DNA from: Candidatus Omnitrophota bacterium
Lineage (GTDB): Bacteria > Omnitrophota > Gorgyraeia > Gygaellales > Profunditerraquicolaceae
Direction: 5' to 3'
DNA length: 64,000 bases
NCBI GenBank assembly: GCA_049275655.1
Contig: JBASUY010000020.1
Span: forward strand, 2,651-66,650
Positions 49,645 to 58,165 of the stretch are shown here, in pieces. Position numbers and translations under genes: made by a program. The notes beneath the pieces are model-generated. The model did no database searches, was not told the DNA's origin, and saw only the letters and a list, made by a program, of their open reading frames with translations. Position 1 is the stretch's first letter. Each line of letters begins with the position of its first letter.

Positions 49645-49740
49645 AGTATTATCCTAACTCTATATTTATACTCTATTGAAAAATTATATTATCATTTTAA
49701 GAGGCAAAAGTCAATAATCTAATAAAATAAAATAATTATG

Positions 49741-49768
49741 TGGACAAAATTTTAAAATTATGTAAAAT
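49741..49768 (+). promoter_or_regulatory. sigma70-like promoter abutting the start codon of the 1072-aa gene (leaderless configuration)
   Basis: TGGACA (49741-49746), 16 nt, TAAAAT (49763-49768), then only 8 nt before ATG at 49777. No SD. Confidence 0.4.
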
Positions 49769-49776
49769 GAAATAAC

Positions 49777-52700
49777 ATGATTAAAGAAACTAACAAAAAA
49801 CCAAAGTATCTTCTTAATAAAGAGGGCGCATTTGTAATTAAAAATTATAATTTCTCTAAGCCCTTCTCTAGTTTTTTACCCGGGATAGCCGGTAGATACG
49901 GCATACCTATGTGGGCCTTCTATGTAAACCGCGCTCAATGTATTTCAAGCTTTGGGATAAAAGATAAAGACCACGCGATACTAGAGTTCTTCCCCGCTAA
50001 TAAGGCATGGCAATCTGTTTCTACGCACGGGTTCAGGACTTTCTTAAAAGTCAGTAAAAATAATAAGGACTTTTTTTATGAGCCCTTCCATAACGGATTT
50101 ACGAATCTTTCTTATAAAATAACAAATAGGATATATATCCTGCCTTATGAATTAACTATTGAAGAAGAGAACAAAACCTTAAATCTTGTTACCAGAATTA
50201 AATATTTTAATATCCCCAATGACAACTACGCCGGATTAGCTAGGATAGTAGAACTAAAAAACCTGAATAAAAACTTAATAAAAATAGAGCTCCTTGACGG
50301 GCTGCCTCAAATTGTCCCTTATGGAACTAATAACTATTGCCTTAAAAAAATGTCGCGCACGATTGAGGCGTGGATGGGGGTTGAAAACCTTAAGAATAAC
50401 GCCCCCTTTTATAGGCTTACAGTTGACCCTGCTGACCGGCCAGAGATAGTCCACATAAAAGAAGGCAACTTTTATTTAGGTTTTAGTTCTGAAGCCAAAA
50501 AAACAAAGCTAATCAAACCTATCATTAATCCGGATAATATATTCGGCCCGATTACTGATTTTTCTTGCCCAAGGTTATTCTTAAGCAAAGATTTTTCTCC
50601 CCCGCAAAATGAAACTATACAAAGTAAAACCCCTTCTGCTTTTATATACTCTTCTTTTAGCCTAAAGCAAAATGAAAATAAAAAGCTCTACGCTCTAAGC
50701 GGCTATATGCGTAGCCTAAAAGACCTTAACAACTCCTTAAAGAGGCTCTCTTCTCCTGCCTACATTGAATCTAAAAGAATTGAAAATATGAAATTAATAA
50801 ATAGCTTACTTGAAAATGTCAGGACAAACTCATCTTCAAGAGAGTTTAACCTCTATTCTCAACAGACTTACTTAGATAATATATTACGCGGCGGGTATCC
50901 GGTTATGTTTGCGCAAAACAAGCCTTTCTATCTTTATTCGCGCAAGCACGGCGATCCTGAAAGAGATTACAATAAGTTTCAAATTTCTCCAACATACCTC
51001 TCCCAAGGCAATGGCAATTACCGGGACTTAAACCAAAACCGCAGGAACGAAGTTTGGTTTAATCCTAAGATAAAAGAAAAAGACTTACTCTCGTTATTTA
51101 ATCTTATCCAACTCGACGGATTTAACCCTTTAGTGACAAAGGGTACGCGTTTTATCTTACAGGATGCGCAAAAGATACGAACAAAACTCGCTCAATTTAC
51201 TAAAAAAGAAAACGTAGATAAAATCCTTCTTGCCTTTACAGGAAAAAGGTTTTCTCCTGGTGAGATAATTCATTTTATTGAAGATAATCAAATAAAACTA
51301 ACCTCTTCTTATGATGAGTTGTTAGATATTATTGTCTCTTGTTCCTTAGAGATAAATGAAGCAGAACATTTAGAAGGTTTTTGGATTGACCATTGGCATT
51401 ATAATTTAGACCTTCTTGATAGCTACCTTGCTATTTACCCGGAAAAAGCAAAAGAGATATTCTTTGAAAAAAGGGAATTTACCTTCTTTGATAATGACAG
51501 AGTAGTAAAACCAAGGAAAGAAAAATATATTCTTCATAATGGCCTCCCGCGTCAACTACATGCAGTTACTATAGACCTTAATAAAAAAGAGATCCTAAGC
51601 AAAAGGAAAACTGCTCCTAATATAGCGCGCACAGAGGGCGGTTTTGGGGATATTTATCAAACAACCCTCATAAATAAGCTTCTATGCCTCTTGGTTAATA
51701 AGTATGCCTCCCTTGACTCTTTTGGCGTAGGAGTTGAGATGGAATCAGATAAGCCTAATTGGTTTGATTCTTTAAATGGGCTACCTGCTATATTCGGCTC
51801 TTCCCTCTCAGAGACCTTTGAGCTAAAACGATTAGCGCTCTATATCAAAAACTCTATAAATTTAACCCCTACAGAAGGTATCTTCGTTACGGAAGAGATT
51901 TACAGGCTTTTAGAAAAATTATACGTTTTAACTAAAGAATATTTTAATAAGACACTAAGTGACTTTCAATGGTGGGATGAGACGCATTTAGCGAAAGAGT
52001 CTTATTGGTCAGATACAAAAATGGGAGTTAAGGGAAAAGAGTTAAATATACCTTCAAAGGACTTAAGCCAGATCGTTAATTTATTTATAAAGAAAATTGA
52101 TATAGGCATAGATAAGGCTTGGGATAAAAAATCCTCTGTATATAGAGGTTATTTTTTCCATGAAGTTACCAAATACGAAAGGCTAAAAGATAATTTCATA
52201 AAACCTCTATCTTTTAAGCAGATTACCTTGCCCTTATTCCTTGAGCCGCAGATGCATGGCTTACGCCTTGCAGAAAACCAAGCTAAAGCTAAAGCCCTAT
52301 ATAAAGGGGTAAAAAGAAGCGCTCTCTTTGATAAAAAACTATCTATGTATAAAGTAACTGCTTCGCTTAAACCTATGCCTGAGGAGATTGGTAGATGCAG
52401 GGTATTCCCTTCCGGCTGGCTTGAGAATGAATCTGTATGGCTACATATGGAGTATAAGTATCTCCTTGAATTACTAAAACAAGGGCTTTATGAAGAGTTT
52501 TACCAGGATTTTAAAAAAGCCCTTATACCTTTTCAGGACCCAAAAAGATACGGGCGAAGCATCCTTGAAAACTCTTCTTTCCTTGTAAGTAGCGCTTTCC
52601 CTGATAAAACTTTACATGGAAATGGGTTTGTTGCCCGGCTATCCGGCTCTACAGCAGAATTTTTAGATATCTGGCTTAAGATTAACCTTGGGATAAAACC

Positions 52701-52995
52701 CTTCTTTATAACCGGTAATAATACCCTTAACCTCTGCTTTAAACCTATATTAAATGCCTGGTTATTTGATAAAAATGGAAATTATTCTTTTAATTTCTTA
52801 AGCAAGATAAAGGTTGCCTATCACAATCCTGCCAAAAAGAATACCTACGGCAAAAACTCAGCTAAAGTCCAATATATAACTTTTAAAGACAACAACGGGC
52901 TTTTAATCAAAATAAACTCAGATACAATCAAATCCCCTTACGCAGAACAAATCCGCTTAGGTAAAATCAATCAGATAGATATCCATTTAAAATAA
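49777..52995 (+). CDS. Large cytoplasmic protein, putative six-hairpin glycoside hydrolase/phosphorylase (GH94-like)
   Basis: 1072 aa, the only plus-strand gene. No Walker or nuclease motifs. Rich in W/Y/F/N/D. The N-terminal LPGIAGRYGIPMWAFYVNRAQC resembles the GH94 sNTAGGYSFYRDA segment and HGFRTF resembles cRHGLGYT. The C-terminal beta-sandwich-like tail supports a glycoside family. The family assignment is low confidence. Confidence 0.35.
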   Translation: MIKETNKKPKYLLNKEGAFVIKNYNFSKPFSSFLPGIAGRYGIPMWAFYVNRAQCISSFGIKDKDHAILEFFPANKAWQSVSTHGFRTFLKVSKNNKDFFYEPFHNGFTNLSYKITNRIYILPYELTIEEENKTLNLVTRIKYFNIPNDNYAGLARIVELKNLNKNLIKIELLDGLPQIVPYGTNNYCLKKMSRTIEAWMGVENLKNNAPFYRLTVDPADRPEIVHIKEGNFYLGFSSEAKKTKLIKPIINPDNIFGPITDFSCPRLFLSKDFSPPQNETIQSKTPSAFIYSSFSLKQNENKKLYALSGYMRSLKDLNNSLKRLSSPAYIESKRIENMKLINSLLENVRTNSSSREFNLYSQQTYLDNILRGGYPVMFAQNKPFYLYSRKHGDPERDYNKFQISPTYLSQGNGNYRDLNQNRRNEVWFNPKIKEKDLLSLFNLIQLDGFNPLVTKGTRFILQDAQKIRTKLAQFTKKENVDKILLAFTGKRFSPGEIIHFIEDNQIKLTSSYDELLDIIVSCSLEINEAEHLEGFWIDHWHYNLDLLDSYLAIYPEKAKEIFFEKREFTFFDNDRVVKPRKEKYILHNGLPRQLHAVTIDLNKKEILSKRKTAPNIARTEGGFGDIYQTTLINKLLCLLVNKYASLDSFGVGVEMESDKPNWFDSLNGLPAIFGSSLSETFELKRLALYIKNSINLTPTEGIFVTEEIYRLLEKLYVLTKEYFNKTLSDFQWWDETHLAKESYWSDTKMGVKGKELNIPSKDLSQIVNLFIKKIDIGIDKAWDKKSSVYRGYFFHEVTKYERLKDNFIKPLSFKQITLPLFLEPQMHGLRLAENQAKAKALYKGVKRSALFDKKLSMYKVTASLKPMPEEIGRCRVFPSGWLENESVWLHMEYKYLLELLKQGLYEEFYQDFKKALIPFQDPKRYGRSILENSSFLVSSAFPDKTLHGNGFVARLSGSTAEFLDIWLKINLGIKPFFITGNNTLNLCFKPILNAWLFDKNGNYSFNFLSKIKVAYHNPAKKNTYGKNSAKVQYITFKDNNGLLIKINSDTIKSPYAEQIRLGKINQIDIHLK

Positions 52996-53026
52996 GGTAT
53001 TTATTAAAAAGGTAGGTAAAAACAGG

Positions 53027-55798
53027 TTAAAATCTGCGGCGATAATATACGCGGACTATGTGTGCGGTATCTATTGTTAGCAGCGCTCCACCCGTAGGAT
53101 CATAGAGCCTTCCGATAGAGCTTGAGTTTCCTTCTCCATACTGGATAGTAAACTCATCATCCTTAGTAGGCATATATCTAAGCTCTGTAAAAATATTGTG
53201 GTGACCGGTTGTTTTAGAGTTCCCATCTCTAACTAAAAGGGGATTCTTCCATAGGGAATAAGTGTATTTAAAACAGAGCCCTAACTTATCTGTAGGCTCA
53301 TAAACCATCTGTAAGCCAAAGTGGTTCATATTATCTGAGTTTTGCCCTGCCATCTTAAACTCATTATAAGTATAATCAAGGTAGATATTGAATTTTTCTA
53401 AAGGAGAGATATCTAAGCCTGCTTTGTAAATATTATAGAACGGATAAGGCGCCTGTGGAAAGAATTCTTGATCATAAAGAAACCTGCCCCAACCGCGATA
53501 CGTATTGCCATATTCAGAATAAGTTCTCCAGAACCCCGCGTCATTAAATACGCCGTTAGGAAAATTACCATAAGCTAAATAATAGTCATTCGTCCTTTCC
53601 CAGACAATATTTGCCTTTAACCACTCTACAAAAGCGTATTCTAACCCTATAGAACCTGTTTTAATGCTTGGATCAGCTCCATCAGGGACAACTTTATTAG
53701 TTAAACCTATATCAGTGTCAATATCAAAATTAAAAGGGTCTATCTCTCCTTTGGTCTTTGGTAGGTCATGATAAAGGAGTAAACCTTTGAGGGTAAGTTT
53801 TTCAAATGGCTTAAACATTATCTCATCACGCACAACAGTCTCAACATACTTGCCATTATTCTTATGCACATTACGTACATCAAAAAGATTTGAGAAGGTA
53901 TCTTCATAAAAAGTCTCAAATCTGAAACCAATAGTACTTCTATCTTTATCTATCCCATCTCCTATACGCGTAGCGTCAAGCTCATCTTGATTAACATAGG
54001 CAGAGCTTAAACCTGGGGTAAAATACCCAAAGTTCTTTCTAAAAGAGATATGCCTTGACCAAAAATCATCATCCCGCGTATCACGGTAATTAGAAAGAGG
54101 GGCATCAAAACCCCTATCCATCCTGGCAATAAAAAATTTACTCTTTGCCATAAATGATTCGTCTTTAGCTATTTTAGATTCATTATAAGCATCAGTAAGA
54201 ACTATAAGCTCTTTTTGAGGATAACGGTTAATAAGCGTAAAATAATAAGCATTTCCGCGTGCCTTAGTCTTGTATTGGGAGTCAAGCTGATCATAGTAAG
54301 ATTGCGACCTTAAGACTTCTGCTTGAGCCTTAACTCCTTCAATAATCTCATAGCTTAAATCCATCCCACCTACATAATTTGTGCTATCAACCTTGTTTTT
54401 ATCATTAATATTTAATCCGGTGCGTGTAGTAAATGTAGCCCCTAAAGATAGATTATCCGCAGCAAAGTGCTTTAACCTACTTGCAGTAATATAATTATCC
54501 ACCTCTTCATAATCCTGCCAGAGATCTTTAGGTGTGGCTACAGTAGTAGTAAATAACGTCTTCTCTGCTGAGCCAAGCTCAAAAGAAAACCCCCTTAAAG
54601 CAGTAAGGTATTTTCCTGTGCTATCCCGTATTGTAGAATAGGTATCATCCCAGATACCCTTAGTATAATCCAATGCACCCGGGTCTGAGTTATATCTACC
54701 CGGAGAATACCTTTTAAGCCAGGGACTGGGTGCCCACCATTTATGGTGATTAGTTATACGCAAAGGATCGTCTGAAGTAAATGCCTGATCCTGATAAGCA
54801 ATCGGGAAAACCCGGAATTTCACTCCGGCATCCTCATTCATATAATCAAGCCAAAATTCCCTAACCGGTTGAAACCTACGATGAATTTTCGTTTCAGGAA
54901 TTACAAAAATGTTGCCAAAAGAAGAGGTAACTGTAGTAGGAAGCACCCTTCCGTTAACTACCTTTATTTCAGGAAGGTTAAATACATCCCCGCTAATTGA
55001 GGTAAAAACCCTATCATTTAAAGTATAGCCTGTATTCGACCAATACCTTAATTCAACATCAGCAGTATCCCCCCATATCCCCCCGGTAATATTAAATTTG
55101 CTGCTCTTACCAGTAAAACTCCAAGGATCAATGGTTATGTTACTATGAAAACTAAATCCGGATTTATTCTCTGTATCAAGGTTTATTGAAAGGCTATCAT
55201 AAACCCTGGTATCAAATGTATTCCATCTTTGATTATAAGCCGCATCTGATAAAACGCGCCAGTTCCTTTCATTTAAATCATAGTTAGCGCGCTTCCATAT
55301 AAAATTACCCGGAGACTCAACCCCAAAAGAAAGCATCGCCTCTCCGGTTACACGTATACCGCCTAATAAAAAACCCCTTGTTTTATCTTCAGTTAAAGGT
55401 TCAATTGTATCCTTAGGCTCTAAATCAGAGAATGCCTTCTCCATCGCCTCTTCTTTAGTATGTATATTATTCAAATCTTTGCTATTAGGGACAAGGGCCT
55501 CTTCCTGGGGATGGGTTTGGGGTTCTTTTGGAATATAAGATTGTGGCTTTTGTAATTGGTCCTTATTTTTAAAGATACGGCTTACATATTCTTTGGCAGT
55601 TTTATTTTCAGGGTCTGCAGCAAGGACTTTTTGAAACTCAGATAAGGCATCATCGTATTTTTCAAGGTTATAAAGCTCTACCCCTAATTCACACAAATAT
55701 TCTACTGCCAAAGTCTCTGCTATAGATAAAGACGGAATTAAAAAAAATAAAGCGCCTAAAAGCATAAGCGCCATAACAAGAATATATTTATTTTTCAT
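53027..55798 (-). CDS. Putative outer-membrane beta-barrel protein with N-terminal TPR-like hairpin
   Basis: 923 aa. Signal peptide MKNKYILVMALMLLGALFFLIPSLSIA. One TPR-like helical pair (LYNLEKYDDALSEFQKVLAADPEN), an acidic linker, then ~800 aa of aromatic, Gly, Asn and Asp-rich beta-type sequence ending in a C-terminal Phe (VRVYYRRRF). Confidence 0.5.
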   Translation of the reverse strand: MKNKYILVMALMLLGALFFLIPSLSIAETLAVEYLCELGVELYNLEKYDDALSEFQKVLAADPENKTAKEYVSRIFKNKDQLQKPQSYIPKEPQTHPQEEALVPNSKDLNNIHTKEEAMEKAFSDLEPKDTIEPLTEDKTRGFLLGGIRVTGEAMLSFGVESPGNFIWKRANYDLNERNWRVLSDAAYNQRWNTFDTRVYDSLSINLDTENKSGFSFHSNITIDPWSFTGKSSKFNITGGIWGDTADVELRYWSNTGYTLNDRVFTSISGDVFNLPEIKVVNGRVLPTTVTSSFGNIFVIPETKIHRRFQPVREFWLDYMNEDAGVKFRVFPIAYQDQAFTSDDPLRITNHHKWWAPSPWLKRYSPGRYNSDPGALDYTKGIWDDTYSTIRDSTGKYLTALRGFSFELGSAEKTLFTTTVATPKDLWQDYEEVDNYITASRLKHFAADNLSLGATFTTRTGLNINDKNKVDSTNYVGGMDLSYEIIEGVKAQAEVLRSQSYYDQLDSQYKTKARGNAYYFTLINRYPQKELIVLTDAYNESKIAKDESFMAKSKFFIARMDRGFDAPLSNYRDTRDDDFWSRHISFRKNFGYFTPGLSSAYVNQDELDATRIGDGIDKDRSTIGFRFETFYEDTFSNLFDVRNVHKNNGKYVETVVRDEIMFKPFEKLTLKGLLLYHDLPKTKGEIDPFNFDIDTDIGLTNKVVPDGADPSIKTGSIGLEYAFVEWLKANIVWERTNDYYLAYGNFPNGVFNDAGFWRTYSEYGNTYRGWGRFLYDQEFFPQAPYPFYNIYKAGLDISPLEKFNIYLDYTYNEFKMAGQNSDNMNHFGLQMVYEPTDKLGLCFKYTYSLWKNPLLVRDGNSKTTGHHNIFTELRYMPTKDDEFTIQYGEGNSSSIGRLYDPTGGALLTIDTAHIVRVYYRRRF

Positions 55799-55807
55799 AA
55801 TATTTTT

Positions 55808-55835
55808 ATTATATATAGGTAAAGCCCTTTGTCAA
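55808..55835 (-). promoter_or_regulatory. Consensus sigma70 promoter directly abutting the OMP gene start (leaderless configuration)
   Basis: Minus strand: TTGACA (55835..55830), 16 nt, TATAAT (55813..55808), 9 nt, ATG at 55798. Confidence 0.5.
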
Positions 55836-55857
55836 GATTTTTTTGCTCTTAAAAAAA

Positions 55858-56187
55858 TTAAACTACTTCCTGAGGAGATGAAACGAGGGTTATCTTTAAG
55901 GTGTGCATAAAGGCTATTAAAAAAAGCCTACCACGGTTTACCGCAAGTACGCTTCCTTTTAGCTTACAAAAAAACTTTTGTCTCTGCTCTTTTGTATCCT
56001 GCTCTTTTAAAACACAAAGAGATGGTTTTGGTTTTTCTATATCCGGATTAGAGACCTCTTTGACTATATATATAAAATGGCGACGGATAACGCTGCGCAC
56101 CCCTTCTTTTTCAGTAATCTCTGAAGAAGATACCACCCTTTTTCTACGGTCGTTAGAGGTTAAGTTTTTAAATAAGAGATTGCGCAT
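55858..56187 (-). CDS. Hypothetical small basic protein (109 aa from the internal ATG). Coding status uncertain.
   Basis: ATG at 56187 preceded by GAAAGGG plus a 4-5 nt spacer. The product MRNLLFKNLTSNDRRKRVV... is Lys/Arg-rich with no recognisable domain. It lies in the long intergenic island. Confidence 0.25.
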   Translation of the reverse strand: MRNLLFKNLTSNDRRKRVVSSSEITEKEGVRSVIRRHFIYIVKEVSNPDIEKPKPSLCVLKEQDTKEQRQKFFCKLKGSVLAVNRGRLFLIAFMHTLKITLVSSPQEVV

Positions 56188-56195
56188 TTTACCCT

Positions 56196-56339
56196 TTCTA
56201 CGATGACCCCCTAAAACCGGGTTGCCGTTTAACCCTACCAAAACTAGGCAACCCGGCGTTTTCCCCTTATGGCTGGCGGGGTCTTAAAACTTTTTTAAAT
56301 TGTAAAAGAAGTAGTTATAAAAATATTTTTTGCTCTTTT
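56196..56339 (-). ncRNA. Candidate structured RNA / 5' leader transcribed from the 56347-56375 promoter
   Basis: Minus-strand transcript with an AT-rich 5' part followed by a GC-rich nested hairpin: GACCCC-GCCAGCCATAA-GGGG, then GCCGGGTTGCC-N20-GGCAACCCGG-TTTT, then GGGGTC. The GACCCC/GGGGTC segments can pair either locally or across the whole element. Confidence 0.3.
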
Positions 56340-56346
56340 CAATTAA

Positions 56347-56375
56347 AGTATAAATTACTAAAGGTAGCCTTTCAA
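56347..56375 (-). promoter_or_regulatory. Near-consensus sigma70 promoter in the intergenic island
   Basis: Minus strand: TTGAAA (56375..56370), 17 nt, TATACT (56352..56347). Confidence 0.5.
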
Positions 56376-56407
56376 GGGGTTTAGAGCAAAAAAAGAAAGC
56401 GTTTGCT

Positions 56408-57040
56408 TTATCTTTTAAAAGATAGGCGCGGCTCTTCGCCTTTTATCAGGCGTTTAAGGTTAGATTTGTGACGGAGAATTATAAAAACCGAGAGAAGAAA
56501 ACTAATTATAATTATTGATAAAGGTAGTTTTAATATAAGAATAAAAAGAGGAAAAGTTAGGGCTGCTAAGATAGATGAGAGAGATATTATTCTAAAGAAG
56601 ATAAAACTAACCACCCAAATTAAAACTATTAAGGCAAGCGCTATCTTTAAGCCTTGAATTTTAAAACTAAGGGCAAGTAAAACCCCCAAGGTAGTAGCAA
56701 CCCCTTTACCTCCTTTAAACTTTAAAAAAAGTGTCCAATTATGTCCACAAATAGCACAAAACCCTATGATAATCAATAAGTTATGTTCCTGAATAAAACT
56801 TATCCTATCAGAAATTAAAGTTCCTAAAAAGAATACAGGTAAGAATCCTTTTAAGATATCAAGGAATAATACACTAAAACCCCACCCCTTCCCTAAAATC
56901 CTCAAAGCATTGGTGGCGCCTACATTTCCTGAGCCTGTTTTACGGATATCAATTCCTTTTATAATGCGGACGAATAAATAGGCAGTTGGAATAGACCCGA
57001 TAATATAACTAACGATTATTAGAAGAATTATCAGGAGCAT
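56408..57040 (-). CDS. plsY: Glycerol-3-phosphate acyltransferase PlsY
   Basis: IIGSIPTAYL...GSGNVGATNALR are the PlsY motifs. Start set at the internal MLLIILL. Confidence 0.85.
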   Translation of the reverse strand: MLLIILLIIVSYIIGSIPTAYLFVRIIKGIDIRKTGSGNVGATNALRILGKGWGFSVLFLDILKGFLPVFFLGTLISDRISFIQEHNLLIIIGFCAICGHNWTLFLKFKGGKGVATTLGVLLALSFKIQGLKIALALIVLIWVVSFIFFRIISLSSILAALTFPLFILILKLPLSIIIISFLLSVFIILRHKSNLKRLIKGEEPRLSFKR

Positions 57041-57572
57041 ATAAGACCTTAAACCCCCTATTAATATAAATAATCCCTGAGGCAATAGTAAAGATAACCG
57101 CTAACCACCAAAAGATAAAAGAATATTTAAATTGAAGCAATAGGACAAAGACTGCTAAGACCTGAAAAAAAGTAGATAACTTGCCTAATTTAAGAGGAAT
57201 CATGCTTAATTTTTGCCTTATTATATATATAACAACCGAGCCTAATAAGATAATAGCATCACGGCTAATAACGGATAAAGTTACCCATAATGGGAATCTA
57301 ATTTCAAAATTGGTATTTATGGTAAGGGATATAAAAGCGCTCATTAATAGAAGTTTATCGCCAAGAGGGTCTAAGATAAGCCCTGCCTTAGATTGCTCGC
57401 CGCTGCGTCTTGCGATATAGCCGTCAGCGGCATCAGATACAGCGGCGATAACAAAAATAACCAGCGCAAGATACCTTAAAAAAATCCTATCTGAAGAATA
57501 ATACGCTACGCTAGCTATAAAAAACGGAACAGTTAATATTCTAAAGGTAGATATCTTATTTGCAATATTCAT
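57009..57572 (-). CDS. pgsA: CDP-diacylglycerol--glycerol-3-phosphate 3-phosphatidyltransferase
   Basis: CDP-alcohol phosphatidyltransferase motif DAADGYIARRSGEQSKAGLILDPLGDKLL. Start set at the internal MNIANKIST. Confidence 0.8.
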   Translation of the reverse strand: MNIANKISTFRILTVPFFIASVAYYSSDRIFLRYLALVIFVIAAVSDAADGYIARRSGEQSKAGLILDPLGDKLLLMSAFISLTINTNFEIRFPLWVTLSVISRDAIILLGSVVIYIIRQKLSMIPLKLGKLSTFFQVLAVFVLLLQFKYSFIFWWLAVIFTIASGIIYINRGFKVLYAPDNSSNNR

Positions 57573-57574
57573 TC

Positions 57575-58165
57575 CTATTTTATCGCCCTTATTCTCTGCG
57601 GAGGCCAATAAATAGTTACCGCCATCCCCAAAATATTATTCTTTGGCACAAACCCCCAATAGCGGCTATCCTTTGAAGAAGCGGAGTTATCCCCTAAAAC
57701 AAAATAACTATCCTGCGGGACTATCAATACTTCCCCCTCTTTAGCAAAATCTCCCCGGTTGTAATAATACCTTTTATTAAATTGAGGGCCGGATAAAAGA
57801 TTACCATTTATGTAGATATTCCCATTTCTTATTTCAACTATATCTCCCGGAAGCCCCACCAGCCTTTTAATAAAATCTTTCTTTACGTCCTCAGGATAAA
57901 TAAAAACAATAACATCCCCTCTCTTAGGGTCACGCACCTTTGGCAACCTATACTTAGTAAAAGGAACCTTTGCCCCATAAATAAACTTATTAACTAATAT
58001 TAAATCGCCCTCCATTAAGGTAGGGCGCATTGAACCGGTAGGAATCTTAAAAGCTTGAATGATAAATGGGCGTATCAGGCAAAAAGCAAGAAATGCCGCA
58101 ACTATCCCTGATTCTATCCATTCACGTAAAGCTGACTTTTTTTTACTTCCTTTTATCTGCTTCAT
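57575..58165 (-). CDS. lepB: Signal peptidase I
   Basis: S26 motifs GSMRPTL (catalytic Ser) and the GDNS...SRYWGFVP boxes. Confidence 0.9.
   Translation of the reverse strand: MKQIKGSKKKSALREWIESGIVAAFLAFCLIRPFIIQAFKIPTGSMRPTLMEGDLILVNKFIYGAKVPFTKYRLPKVRDPKRGDVIVFIYPEDVKKDFIKRLVGLPGDIVEIRNGNIYINGNLLSGPQFNKRYYYNRGDFAKEGEVLIVPQDSYFVLGDNSASSKDSRYWGFVPKNNILGMAVTIYWPPQRIRAIK

Noticed and set aside
55901-56206. Plus-strand 101-aa ORF in the intergenic island
   Set aside because: It lies antisense to the promoter-driven minus-strand unit. It has no upstream promoter or SD, and its Ser/Leu-rich translation has no motif. It is less plausible than the minus-strand reading.
55799-56407. RNase P RNA, tmRNA, SRP RNA, 6S RNA or a common riboswitch in the long intergenic island
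   Set aside because: I looked for the P4 core (AGGAAAGTCCGGGCTCC, ACAGAACCCGGCTTA) and the tmRNA tag ORF with a tRNA-like 3' end. I also looked for the SRP domain IV (AGGAAGCAGCC) and for SAM, TPP, B12, ZTP and c-di-GMP boxes. Only partial, non-convincing similarities were found (for example CCCGCCAGCC, AGGGTAAAA), so no specific family is claimed.
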